Source: Antechinus flavipes
Taxonomy: Eukaryota
NCBI RefSeq assembly: GCF_016432865.1
Contig: NC_067400.1
Coordinates: 632,896,001-632,960,000 of the forward strand
Reading direction: 5' to 3'
Length of the DNA: 64,000 nt
Shown here: piece after piece, positions 54,176 through 64,000 of the stretch
Position numbering within the stretch: position 1 is the first letter of the stretch
Layout: every line of letters starts with the position of its first letter
The notes under the pieces: model-generated
Seen by the model: the letters and a program-made list of their open reading frames with translations, nothing else
Database searches by the model: none
What the model was told of the DNA's origin: nothing
Made by a program: the position numbers and the translations under genes

Positions 54176-54584
54176 CTGGAGCGGAAGGGGCGAGAAGCCC
54201 GTTAGCGCCTGCTCTGCCCCCTCCCCCCGGGGGGGCTCTCCGGCCGCAAGGCCGCCTCCTCCGGGAAGCCCGGCCCGGGATGCTCGCAGCTCCCCCGGCG
54301 GACCTCCCAGCCTTCCTGCCCAATCTACGCGGCCCCGGCGGCTGTGTCGGGGCGGACGCGAGGGCCCCCGAGGACGGGAACCAATCCGGAACCGGCTGGC
54401 CTCGCTGCCTGAGGGCTGTTCTCGTGTTCCCCTCCCAGGTCCTTCGCCTGCCCCTCGCTGGTTCTGAGTCTGCTCCCGCCACTGGTCAGCCCCTTCTGGA
54501 TACTCGCTAACAAGGATCCTAGCGGCAGAGCGGCCCCGCGGGTGTCTGAGCACCCTCCGAAGTTCAAATGCAGCCTCAGGCCCG

Positions 54585-54730
54585 CGGGTCAGCCTAGGGT
54601 ACTCTGCCTCAGTTTCCCCAACTGTAAAATGGTGACCCGTACTTCCCAGAGTTATTGTAAGGACCAAATGAGATACTTGGGCAGGGGCGGCATTAGCCCG
54701 GCACGTGGTAAGCACGCATTTCCTTCCTCG
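54585..54730 (+). mobile_element. MIR fragment
   Basis: CTCTGCCTCAGTTTCCCCAACTGTAAAATGG..GTTATTGTAAGGACCAAATGAGATA. Confidence 0.8.
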
Positions 54731-55865
54731 GAGGTCCCTTATATCTCAGAAGCTCTCGCTCCCATGGCTCGCCACCCTCCAGCCCAGGCAAGGGACTTCT
54801 GCTACTACAGCCTCAATCTGGAGAGAGGCAGGGGCAGGGGGACCAGAGAAGCAGCCCGGATGGACGGAATCACATGTGCCAGCGGATGCCAGGCTAGTAC
54901 GAGGACCCTTATCACAGCCCTCTCCATGAGGTTGGGCCAGCTCACCAGGAAGTGGGCAAGGGGGGGCCCTGGAGAAGGGATGGGCGGGGGAGAGGAGGGG
55001 AGGAAATCTGGGATTCTGGAACCTAGAAAGACGCCCTGGAAAGAAAGAGCTAGCCTTGACCCTGACTCGCCACCAATTTGTGGAGGACTCTGGGTAAATC
55101 ATTTCTTCCCTCACTTTCTCTCATCAGTCAATCCACATGCTATATGAATAGCAGCATGGCCCCGGGGAATGGAGGGTTAGGACTCCCGAAGCTTGTTCAG
55201 ATCCTGCCTTGGGGGTTATCAGCCGTGTGACCTTGGGGAAATTGCATAAGTAAGCCTCTATTTCCTCTCTGTGAAAGGGCGGGGGTGGTGGTTTGGCCTC
55301 TATTATCACCTCCACTTTTACTATAGCCCTGAGCCTCCTTGGAGAAAGTGGATGGGAGGTGTTTTGCCAGGGAAGCCAGAAAGCATCCTCGGGCCTTTGG
55401 TTCCCATCCCCATCTCTGAGGGTCTCTCCAACATTCAAGGCCTAGGAGGACTGTTTGGGGAGGAAGGCTCGCAGGCTTGGCAAGGAGGGCCCCGGGGATC
55501 TTGGGCCTTCCCATGGGCTGAGCCTTGGGGAGTAGATCTCACCTCCAGACGGGCTCACGGGGAGCTTTCTTTAAACCGGAAAATGCTGCATCCACCACAG
55601 CTGCGCCCCAATTTCAGAGAAAGGCTAGAATCTCGGCACTGGAGGTTCAGAGGCCATTGCAGCCAATTGTGCCTGACATTTATGCTAGCTCTGGGACCCT
55701 ACACAAGTCGCTTTTGAATCCTGGATTTTCTCATCTATAAAATGTGGATAAATGAGGATTATCCTACCTGGATCCTCAGCTTCGTAAGGGAAATGTTTTG
55801 TAAGCCTTGATTTACATTATACACACATGTATGTGTATGTATATGTGTATAAACATACACACATG

Positions 55866-56075
55866 TTATTGTTCAGTTGTGTCCAATTCTTCATGACCCT
55901 AGTTGAGGTTTTCAGGGAAGAGACCGGAGCCCTTTGCCATTTCCTTCTCCAACTCATTTTGCAGGTGAGAAAATGGAGGCAGAGGAGACATGACTTTTTC
56001 AGGGTCACACAGCTAGGGTCTGAGGCTGGATTTGAAATAAGGTCTGACTATCAGGCCAGTGCCCTCTCCAGCTGC
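55866..56075 (+). mobile_element. MAR1 marsupial CORE-SINE, near full length
   Basis: TTATTGTTCAGTTGTGTCCAATTCTTCATGACCC..TTTGCCATTTCCTTCTCCAACTCATTTTGCAGGTGAGAAAATGGAGGCA..CAGGGTCACACAGCTAG..TCTGAGGCTGGATTTGAA; main taxonomic clue for a marsupial; orientation nominal. Confidence 0.8.
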
Positions 56076-56089
56076 TCACAGAGAGATGG

Positions 56090-56450
56090 TGGTCCACTCT
56101 GGCCCCCAAGTCTTTTTCATAAGTCCTACTGTTGACCCAGTCAATTTGCATTCATCTATTTGAGGTCAATTTCTTGATCCCAAATCTCCATTTGTCTATT
56201 GGATTTTTTTTCTCACATTCAGGTGTGGGCTCTAGCTTGCCAAGATCCTTTTGGATTCTGACTCGGTTATCCAGGCTGTTAGTTTTGTGTTATCTACAAA
56301 TCTGATGATGTACATGCCATCGCATCGTGCAAATCACTGGTAAACGATTTATTCGAATGAAGGATTTTATATCGACACTTACTCAACTTGATCTTATTGG
56401 ATTTTGCCCGTCACTGTGGCCTGCTGAGATCTTTGGGGGTTCTGATTCTA
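56090..56450 (-). mobile_element. L3/CR1 LINE fragment
   Basis: CCAAGATCCTTTTGGATTCTGA..TTTGTGTTATCTACAAATCTGAT..TCACTGGTAAA resembles antisense CR1/L3 RT-region sequence. Confidence 0.65.
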
Positions 56451-56461
56451 GCATCCAATTC

Positions 56462-56570
56462 AATTGAACTCAATAAACATTTACTATAAACCGGCAAATA
56501 TCGTGCTGGATTTGGAGATATGATGAAGAAAAACTGACTCTTTGTACTCAAGGAACTCAGAACTCATTAG
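56462..56570 (-). mobile_element. L2 3' end, reverse orientation
   Basis: CTCAATAAACATTTA..GTGCTGGATTTGGAGATA..CTCAAGGAACTCAG. Confidence 0.7.
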
Positions 56571-56574
56571 ACTG

Positions 56575-56680
56575 GGAGCTAGCTCCTTGAAGGCAGGCTG
56601 TCTCTTGTTTTCCCTTGTATCCCCAGGATTTAGTACAGGGCCTGGCACAGAGCAGACACTTACTAAATGCTTGTTGGAGC
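56575..56680 (+). mobile_element. L2 3' end, forward orientation
   Basis: GCTCCTTGAAGGCAGG..TGTATCCCCAG..CCTGGCACAGAGCAG..TAAATGCTTGTTG. Confidence 0.75.
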
Positions 56681-56949
56681 AAAGACGGACAATCTAATGA
56701 CATGTATGTACGATCCCAGAGAGTATTATAGAGTCATCAAATGGACACAAATCCATTTTGTTTCTTGCTTCTGAGCTCATTTTCCATTTACGCAACAAAT
56801 ATCTCGTTTGTATGTATTTGTTTGCTTTTTTTTCTCCCTTATTAGACCAGAATTTCTGTGAAAGAAAGCACTATCTTCTGCCTTTCTTTGTATCCCCAAG
56901 GCTTAGCACAGGTCCTGGCACAATGGGGGTGCCCATGCACTGGGAGATC

Positions 56950-57290
56950 ATTGATGAATGTAATGGAATCATGTTGAAAAGGATGATTTCTGAGAAACCT
57001 TGGAAGACTTAGATGAACTGATGCAGACGGAAGTTGAGCAGAACTGGAGAACACTCTATATTATAACAAGGACAAACAGCTTTAAGAGCCCTGATAAATG
57101 CAAGGATCGCCCATAATTCTCAAGCATCCCTTCCTAAGAGAGAAATGAGACTCAAGGTGCAGAAGGAGACACGGATGGCTAAGATGATAAGTTTTGCTTT
57201 CCCACGGATATCTGACGCAAGGCTGTGTTTGTGCATTTTCTAATTTGGTGGGTGGTCTGAGAGAGAAAGGAGATGGGGTGGCAACTTTTT
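56950..57290 (+). mobile_element. Marsupial-type L1 3'UTR fragment ending near a (TA)n tract (~57300-57340)
   Basis: GGATGATTTCTGAGAAACCTTGGAAGACTTAGATGAACTGATGCAGACGGAAGTTGAGCAGAACTGGAGAACA..GACTCAAGGTGCAGAA. Confidence 0.7.
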
Positions 57291-57399
57291 TTTAAAAGCA
57301 TATATCTATATATATAGATTATATATATATATATATAGATACATATTCATCTAGAAGGAGGAGGAAAGGCTTCCTGAAAATACCTGAAGAAAGAGCAGG

Positions 57400-57600
57400 A
57401 TTTCTCATGGCATCATGGAGTCAGAAGAACTTAGATTGAACCTAGTCTTGGACACTTTTCTGGCTTTGTGACCTGAGTCAAATAACTCTCTTGTGCCTCA
57501 GTTTCCTCATTTGAAAAATGGGAATCAAATTAATTGTATCATCTACATCTCCCAGTTGCTGTGAGGAAAGCACCAGTGAATTGTGATCATTACGGATGAA
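57400..57600 (+). mobile_element. MIR fragment
   Basis: GGAGTCAGAAGAAC..TGTGACCTGAGTCAAATAACTCTCTTGTGCCTCAGTTTCCTCATTTGAAAAATGGG. Confidence 0.8.
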
Positions 57601-59004
57601 AATGAGAGAAATTTCTTGCCCGGATATGGGAGAAAGAAATACAAGATAAGGAAATATTCTGCTGTGTGAGGGAAAGGGATTAACGACAGGCTGAGTTTAC
57701 ATTTCATCCCTCAGGTAAAAAAAGGGGGCATTGAAGGATTAGGGGATGGCATTCCTGTAGCTTGTGTAGACTGAAGTGTCTGGGGTCCATGAAGCCAAGC
57801 TGAAGGCTATTACTATGGCGCAGGAGAGAGTGATAAGTGCTGAGTTTAATCTATTGGCTCAGAGAATGGGAGAGAAAGGACTGGACTGAGAGTATCAGGG
57901 AGTTTGGATTTAGAAGATTTAAGCCCTCGGAGGTGATGAGAGGTGGGAGTGGGTGAGAGCCCCAGCCCCAGTGGAGGGGAGAGTAGGGAACAGAGACAAG
58001 TCCAGAATGGAAAGCTGAGAGTTAAGGGACCAGTAGGTCACAATCCATGATCCGGAGCTTCCAAAAACCAGAAGAGGAGGCTATATATCCCCCAACTCAT
58101 TAATGAAACTGTAAATAGTCCTCTCTTCCTTATAACTACATTCTGGCTAAATTGAACTATGGTTCAGAACTAAATGGAGAAAGTGATTTGAATGGCCCAT
58201 CAAGGGACTCTGAGAGTAGCAGCAAAGGCTTGTGGGTACAATAAGGATGAGAACAGGGCAGTATCCAGCAATCCTGGTGGGACAGATATAAGGAAAGGGA
58301 AATATCTCGCCTTTCTTCCAAATCTGGCCTTTCTTTAGTAAAGTCTCCCTAGATTGATGCCAGCCAGGATAGCATTCCCAGACTCAGGGATCACCCTCCG
58401 GGGCAGGGGAGGGGGGAGGAGGCAACCAATTAACTAGAGCTGGGAGGAACTAGAAGTCAGAGTCTGCCTGAAGTCTTCACTTCTTCGTGGATACCCACTT
58501 TATTCTCTGCCTCAGTTTTGCCTCGATGAGTGTGGGAAAGAGATCCTTGGCAGGACAGGGTAGGGCAGGGCAGGGAGGAGAAGCAGCGAGAATCTGGGGA
58601 GCGTCTTGGTATCTTTTGTCCTTCTAACTGGGGATAGAGCGGAGGGTAAATGGAGATTTGTAAAAAAAAAAATGGTCAAAGGAGGAGTGAGGAGGGTTAA
58701 GAGGAAGGCAGCCGGTGCATCCATATTTCTTCAAAGGAGGAAGGGAAGCTTTGGGAAAGCCGACTCCCCCCTCACTTAAGTGCTCCCACCACCTAACTCT
58801 CTAAGCCTCTAAGGCTCCTCTAAGTGGGAGCTGACCAGCAAGGACACAGGGCATTCCTCATCAGGGCAACGTCCTCACTTACCCAATTAAAAGGCCAAGA
58901 AATGAGATGCTGGTTAGGGAGCAGCCAGCTGCCACCAGGGAGCTCGGCTCACCTGCTTCGTATGAATGACATCTCAGGGGCTCGACAGAGTGTGGGTGAG
59001 CTGC

Positions 59005-59410
59005 CAGTAACAGAGAGATGGAGGCAGAGAGAGAGACAGAGACAGTAACAGAGAGACAGAGGCAGAGGCAGAGCAATAGAGACACAGAGACAGAGACAAA
59101 GGGGCAGAGACAGAGAAATAGACAAAAAACAGAGACAGTAACAGAGGGAGAGAGATAGAGGCAGAGCAATAGAGACACAGAGACAGTCAGAGACAAAGAG
59201 GCAGAAACAGAAATAGAGAGGCAGAGACATTAAGAGAGAAAGAGAGAAATAGGCAGAGTGAGAAACTGACAGAAAGAAAACTAGACAGCAATTGAGGAAT
59301 GAAAGGAGGGAGGGAGAGAGAGAGACAGAGAAAAAGACAGAGACGGAGAGAGAGAAACACAGAGAAAGACACTGAGATAGAAAGACACAAAAACAGACAA
59401 CAGCAAGAGA
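59005..59410 (+). repeat. GAGACAGA-rich purine low-complexity tract
   Basis: Degenerate (GAGACA)n. Confidence 0.85.
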
Positions 59411-61904
59411 CACACACAGAGTTTGGCAGAACAATTGCGGCTGATCCTGGCTTAGGAAATTCATTTTCATTATCCCTTCCTCCTGGGATGAAGCCTTTCA
59501 AATAGGATGAAAAGATGCTCTCTACCTCTCATCATCCCTTTTTCCTTGTAACTTTTTTCTTGTTTCACTTGCATTCAGATTTCTGAAAGAGTAGGGGGAG
59601 CAGCCAGTGGCCAGAGCACACAGGGAGGCGCTAGGAACGACAGTACCAGAGGAACCAGAAGCCAGAGAGACTGAGAAACATTCTCCCCCTGAAGCAAAGC
59701 CTTTAAGTTCAGGGGCCCCGAGAAGAGAATGTTGAGAGTTGCTGGGACTGCTGGAATGATGAAGTGAGAAGCCGATTTCTCTTTTAGTCTCTGGTTCTGG
59801 ACAGAGTTTCAGTGCCTCATTTCCTTTTACATGAGCCACAGGGCTGAAGACCAGAAGGAACTGAGAGGAGCGATAGGAGATGACAGGAGATGGATGTGTT
59901 CTATAGGAGAGTGTTAGGCTCTTAGTCTATTCTTTAATCTATGTACAATCAATCAGGACATCTGAGCACCCAGACACTGAATTCACCAGGCAGGGAATCC
60001 AGATAGGTTGGGAGTTGAGAGCCGGTTACAAAGAGTAGGGTGTGTATTTTAATATTTAGATAATATTCCATATTTTCTAAATTACATTCAGACCAGAGCC
60101 CTGAGAGATAAATCCAAACCATAGTACAGCAGTGTGGTTTGACAGATATTTGCAGAATGAGGGTCCCCTGGGGGCCCAAAGTCATAGTCTCTTAAAGTGT
60201 CACCGCTCATGTACTCAGAGTACCTCCTGGTGATCGCTTTCCCCCCTTGCTGGATATGGAATACACGCTGTCTTTCTGGGAATAGTGAAGATGGCTCTCG
60301 AGCCACACACCCCGATGGCCTGAGTGACAGCTGTGTCACTGTCTCAGTATGGGATGCCACGTTTTTTGGACTAGGGAACCAGCATGGCAGATTGGGGGAA
60401 AGAGCGGAAGTGGATAAATTCGATTTCATTAAGTATTTCACAGAGTTTCTCACACTATCATTATTCTTTACAAGGTGGAGAAACGTGGACTAGAGACGGT
60501 TCATTTATTTGGATTTGGAACCGGTTAAAAAGTCCAGAGAGCAGACAGTAAGCGGACAACGTCAGCTTGGAAAGGGGCTTCCAGGGGAGGGCCTTAGCAG
60601 TCTGGCCCCTGGCCGCTTTATCGATGCTCTGGGCAAGGCATAGAGAACACGCCGATCAAAGCTGCGGATGAGAAAGAAAACCGGGAACGATGCTAACAGG
60701 CTGGCCGATAGAGTGAAGATGTGGAAAGCTCTCGTCGGGCCGGAACGCCGGACGGAATCTAATCAGCTAAAGCTTGAAAGAGATGAAGGGTCCCCCACCC
60801 GAGTCCTCAAAGCCCTCTTCACACGTGCGAGTCGGGGGAGAGGAGGCAAGACGACAATATGAGAAAATGGCCGAGCGAGTGGGCTCTGACGCAGCTCAGG
60901 GTGAGTGGGCTTGTGGCCAGAGGAGCCGAGCCGGGCTTGGGCTATGCGGAGACAGGACCGGTGCCGGCCGGAAGCAAGAGCTCTGTGGCCCTGACCCCGT
61001 TTGGGGCGCCGGCCCTGGCTCTGAGAGGTCACCGGCAAGGAAGTGCCCCACGGTGGGCACTGGTCGGGGCATCCGAGAGCCGGGCGTGTTAAGCTTGGAA
61101 AAGAGAGGAGACAAGAGCTGTTCTCCCATATGGCGGGAAGCAGCAGGACCCGTCTACCACGCCCCACAGGGATGGGTGGGGGCTGCAGAGAGCCGGGCTG
61201 AGGCCCCATCTCAAGGAAAGCAGCCGTTCCTCGCACTTAGAGCTCCCGCAAGGAGCTGCCTCAGGAGCCGGGGCCTCCCCCTTTCCCGGGGGTCTCCGAG
61301 CGACTGCTGGAGGCCGGAGCACCATTTACAGGCTGAGCCAGCCAGCCTCGGAGGGCTGTTCTATGGCAGCAGTGGAAAGGGACGGGGACGGCCTAGAAGG
61401 GAAGAAGGGGAGTAGCAACAGTGGCCCCGGGCTGGGGCCTGACAAAGCAGCCCCCAGCTCCTCTCGGCTGATCATCACGGCTCTGGCTGTTGGCGCTCTG
61501 GGCCGCGTCACCCTACCTGGAGCTCGGGGATGACCGTACTGTCTCTCCCTGCTCTGGGCATGAAGGGCCTTTATGTAATCCCGGCGTAAAGCGGAACATC
61601 AGTGCCCGCTGTTGTTCCCGGTGATCTCATCTGCTCCCACGGGGCTCAGGAGCAGCTCTGCAGAGAGCCTGCTTCTGAATTCCGAGTCCTGCTCCGGGCC
61701 CGCGGCCCGGCCGGACGCCGTGGGCTGCACACCTACAAGCACGGCGTGTCCACATGGCCAGACGACCCGGTCCGCCGGTCGCTAACGCACCTCCCATTGT
61801 CGAGTCCTCAGCTACACTTGCCTCTGCACCCCCACCCCCTCAAATCCTTAGCTTTTGTGGAGGCCCAAGTCAGATGCTGGCCTCTGGGATGGGGATGGGG
61901 AAAA

Positions 61905-62190
61905 TGAAGGAAGGAGAGGGAAGGAAAGACAGGAGGAAAGGAAAAAAAGAGGAAAGGAGAGAGGAAGGAAGGGAAGGAGAGGGGAAGGAGAGAGGAAGGA
62001 AGGAAAGAACAGAGGAAGGAAAGGAAAAGAGGAAAGAAGGGAAAGAGGAAGGAAAGGGAAAAGAGAGAAAAGGAGGAAAACAGAGGGAGAGTGGAAGGAA
62101 GGGAAGGACAGGGGAAGTAAAGGAAGAGAGGAAAGAAAGGAAGGAGAAAGGGAGCATAGAAGGAAGGGAAGGAAGGTGGGAGGGAGGAAA
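61905..62190 (+). repeat. GAAGG-rich polypurine tract
   Basis: Nearly pure A/G. Confidence 0.9.
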
Positions 62191-62194
62191 TAGT

Positions 62195-62400
62195 AAGTTC
62201 CTATTAGATGTCGGGTATTATGCTAAGCTCTATTTGTATAATGACTTCATTTGATCCTTACAGCAACCCTACATGTCTAAGTGCTGTTTTATTTCCATTT
62301 CACTGTTGAAGAAACTGAGGCAGACAGAGAAGAGGCGCCCAGGCTCACATAGCTAGGAAGCGTCTCAGGCCAGAGTAGGGCTCGAGTCTTGCTGAGTCAC
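62195..62400 (-). mobile_element. MIR-family SINE, reverse orientation
   Basis: CTTCATTTGATCCTTACAGCAACCCT..TTTCCATTTCACTGTTGAAGAAACTGAGGCAG..CCCAGGCTCACATAGCTAG. Confidence 0.75.
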
Positions 62401-62884
62401 TGTGCCCCTCGCCCCCGAGGAGGAAGCTTTCCAAGGTTCCCCTGCCCATTTCAGAGAGTTCCAGCCCCATCTTCCAACCGGCCCGGCTCTGGCGCCAGGA
62501 CACGGTCCCATCTGGCAGCGAGCGCCGGCCTTCCCGGTGACAAGCGTGCCTCGAACCCTCAGCACGCCGGCTGGAGGCCGCTGAAGGGCCTCGGGCCGGG
62601 CCACACGGTAAGTGGCCAGTGAGGTCTGAGCACAAATCCTCTGCTGCCCGTGGGACCTCGCCCCAGATGCTCAATCTCAGAGCCCTCTCTGGCCCTTCGC
62701 TCTCCCTCGTCCCACACGTCCAACTCACGGCCCCGTCTCGGAGGTTCTCTTCCCGGGACATCCCAGTCTGTCCCCGTCACTGCGCTCACACGGTGCGGTC
62801 TTCAGGCCCTGAACTGGCAGGCTAACTCCCCTCCAAACCAAACTCCCTTCCCCAGTCACCCCAACTTTTTCTGTCTCATAACTC

Positions 62885-63430
62885 CTGGCATCTGCCCCCT
62901 GCCACACAATGCCCCTCCCCTGGCATCTTCCCCCTGCCACACAATGCCCCTCCCCTGGCATCTTCCTCCTGCCACACAATGCCCCTCCCCCTGGCATCTG
63001 CCCCTGCCACACAATGCCCCTCTCCCTGGCATCTGCCCCTGCCACACAATGCCCCTCCCCTGGCATCTTCCCCCTGCCACACAATGCCCCTCCCCCTGGC
63101 ATCTGCCCCCTGCCACACAATGCCCCTCCCCTGGCATCTTCCCCCTGCCACACAATGCCCCTCCCCCTGGCATCTGCCCCTGCCACACAATGCCCCTCCC
63201 CCTGGCATCTGCCCCTGCCACACAATGCCCCTCTCCCTGGCATCTGCTCCCTGCCACACAATGCCCCTCCCCTGGCATCTTCCCCCTGCCACACAATGCC
63301 CCTCCCCCTGGCATCTTCCCCCTGCCACACAATGCCCCTCCCCCTGGCATCTTCCCCCTGCCACACAATGCCCCTCCCCCTGGCATCTTACCCCTGCCAC
63401 ACAATGCCCCTCCCCCTGGCATCTGCCTCC
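62885..63430. repeat. 35/36-bp minisatellite, ~15 units
   Basis: Unit CTGGCATCT(G/T)CCCC(C)TGCCACACAATGCCCCTCCC(C); starts at 62885, 62920, 62955, 62991 and onward. Confidence 0.97.
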
Positions 63431-64000
63431 TCTGTAAGGTTTATATGGTCCCCTCCTCATATTCCAGGAGAACTGAATTTCCGCTACTTTTCATCCATGC
63501 TGTTCCATCGCCCTGCCTTTGCCCAGGCAGTCCCCCACACCAGACACGCCATCCTTCCTCACTGCTGTCTTAGAATTCCCAGCTTCCTTCCCATCTCTGC
63601 CTGTCGCCCAGGAGCTGCATCCCCCAAGAGACCCTCGGCGCCCTCCACCTGCCAGCCACTCGTGCTGTCCCCTCAGTGACGCACCGTGACCTTCACACAC
63701 GATGTCTGCCCCCCATCACAGGGTCCAGGTGGTTCCCCAACAGAGCGGCGGCTCCCTGTGGTGAGGGCCTGCTGTCGGTATCCTCAGAGCCTCACACAGA
63801 ACCTGATATGTAGTTGATGCTCAACAATTGCTGGCTGGTAAACAAGAATCCTGGTTGTCTCCTTCTTGCCACATGCAGTGTCCTCTTCTCCATCCTCCTC
63901 ATCCTTGGCTCCCTGCAGCCTCCGACTCTCAACCCCCCTCTCTCCCTCCCTGGGCCTCTGGGGCGTCCCTTTCTCGGGTTCCCTGCTCTCCTCTGCCTTC

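Noticed and set aside
52052-54205. 717-aa plus-strand ORF and the 650-aa alternative minus-strand frame
   Set aside because: Shadow ORFs of the GC3-rich LRRC4B exon.
60197-60862. Tubulin-like words (CW, PDG, TFF, DLEP) or an endogenous viral element
   Set aside because: Motif spacing does not fit tubulin and stops intervene. No similarity to the filovirus NP, bornavirus N or parvovirus NS motifs I could recall. Left as an unexplained segment pending TBLASTX.

Overview
Mammalian genomic DNA, very probably marsupial (two MAR1-type CORE-SINEs plus MIR, L2, L3 and L1 remnants), syntenic with human 19q13.33. Gene order: GARIN5A/FAM71E1 (minus, first three coding exons; the rest lies left of the window), head-to-head with a complete EMC10 (plus; both the membrane-form terminal exon and the secreted-form cassette exon are intact). 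Next come a ~21.6 kb strand-biased polypurine expanse and a 108-bp minisatellite field. JOSD2 follows (minus; one intact copy, a 5'-truncated frameshifted tandem duplicate and a third 3'-flank fragment), then a complete ASPDH (minus) and the large last coding exon of LRRC4B/NGL-3 (minus, interrupted by a 180-N gap). The final ~10 kb is LRRC4B intron. Almost all long ORFs in the supplied track are low-complexity or antisense artefacts. Most interesting observations: (1) a GARIN5A intron made of 23 tandem copies of its own 5' splice-site region; (2) a ~35.5-bp-phased array of TTCCCAGAA cores with divergent spacers in the JOSD2 promoter; (3) the partial JOSD2 duplication and a 100-bp CCAAT/GATA/E-box-MEIS module found five times around it; (4) the modular, shuffled polypurine tract; (5) an orphan CpG-rich segment with first-exon signals in the LRRC4B intron. 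Gene identities rest on recalled human protein sequences and hand-checked splice phases; no database search was run.
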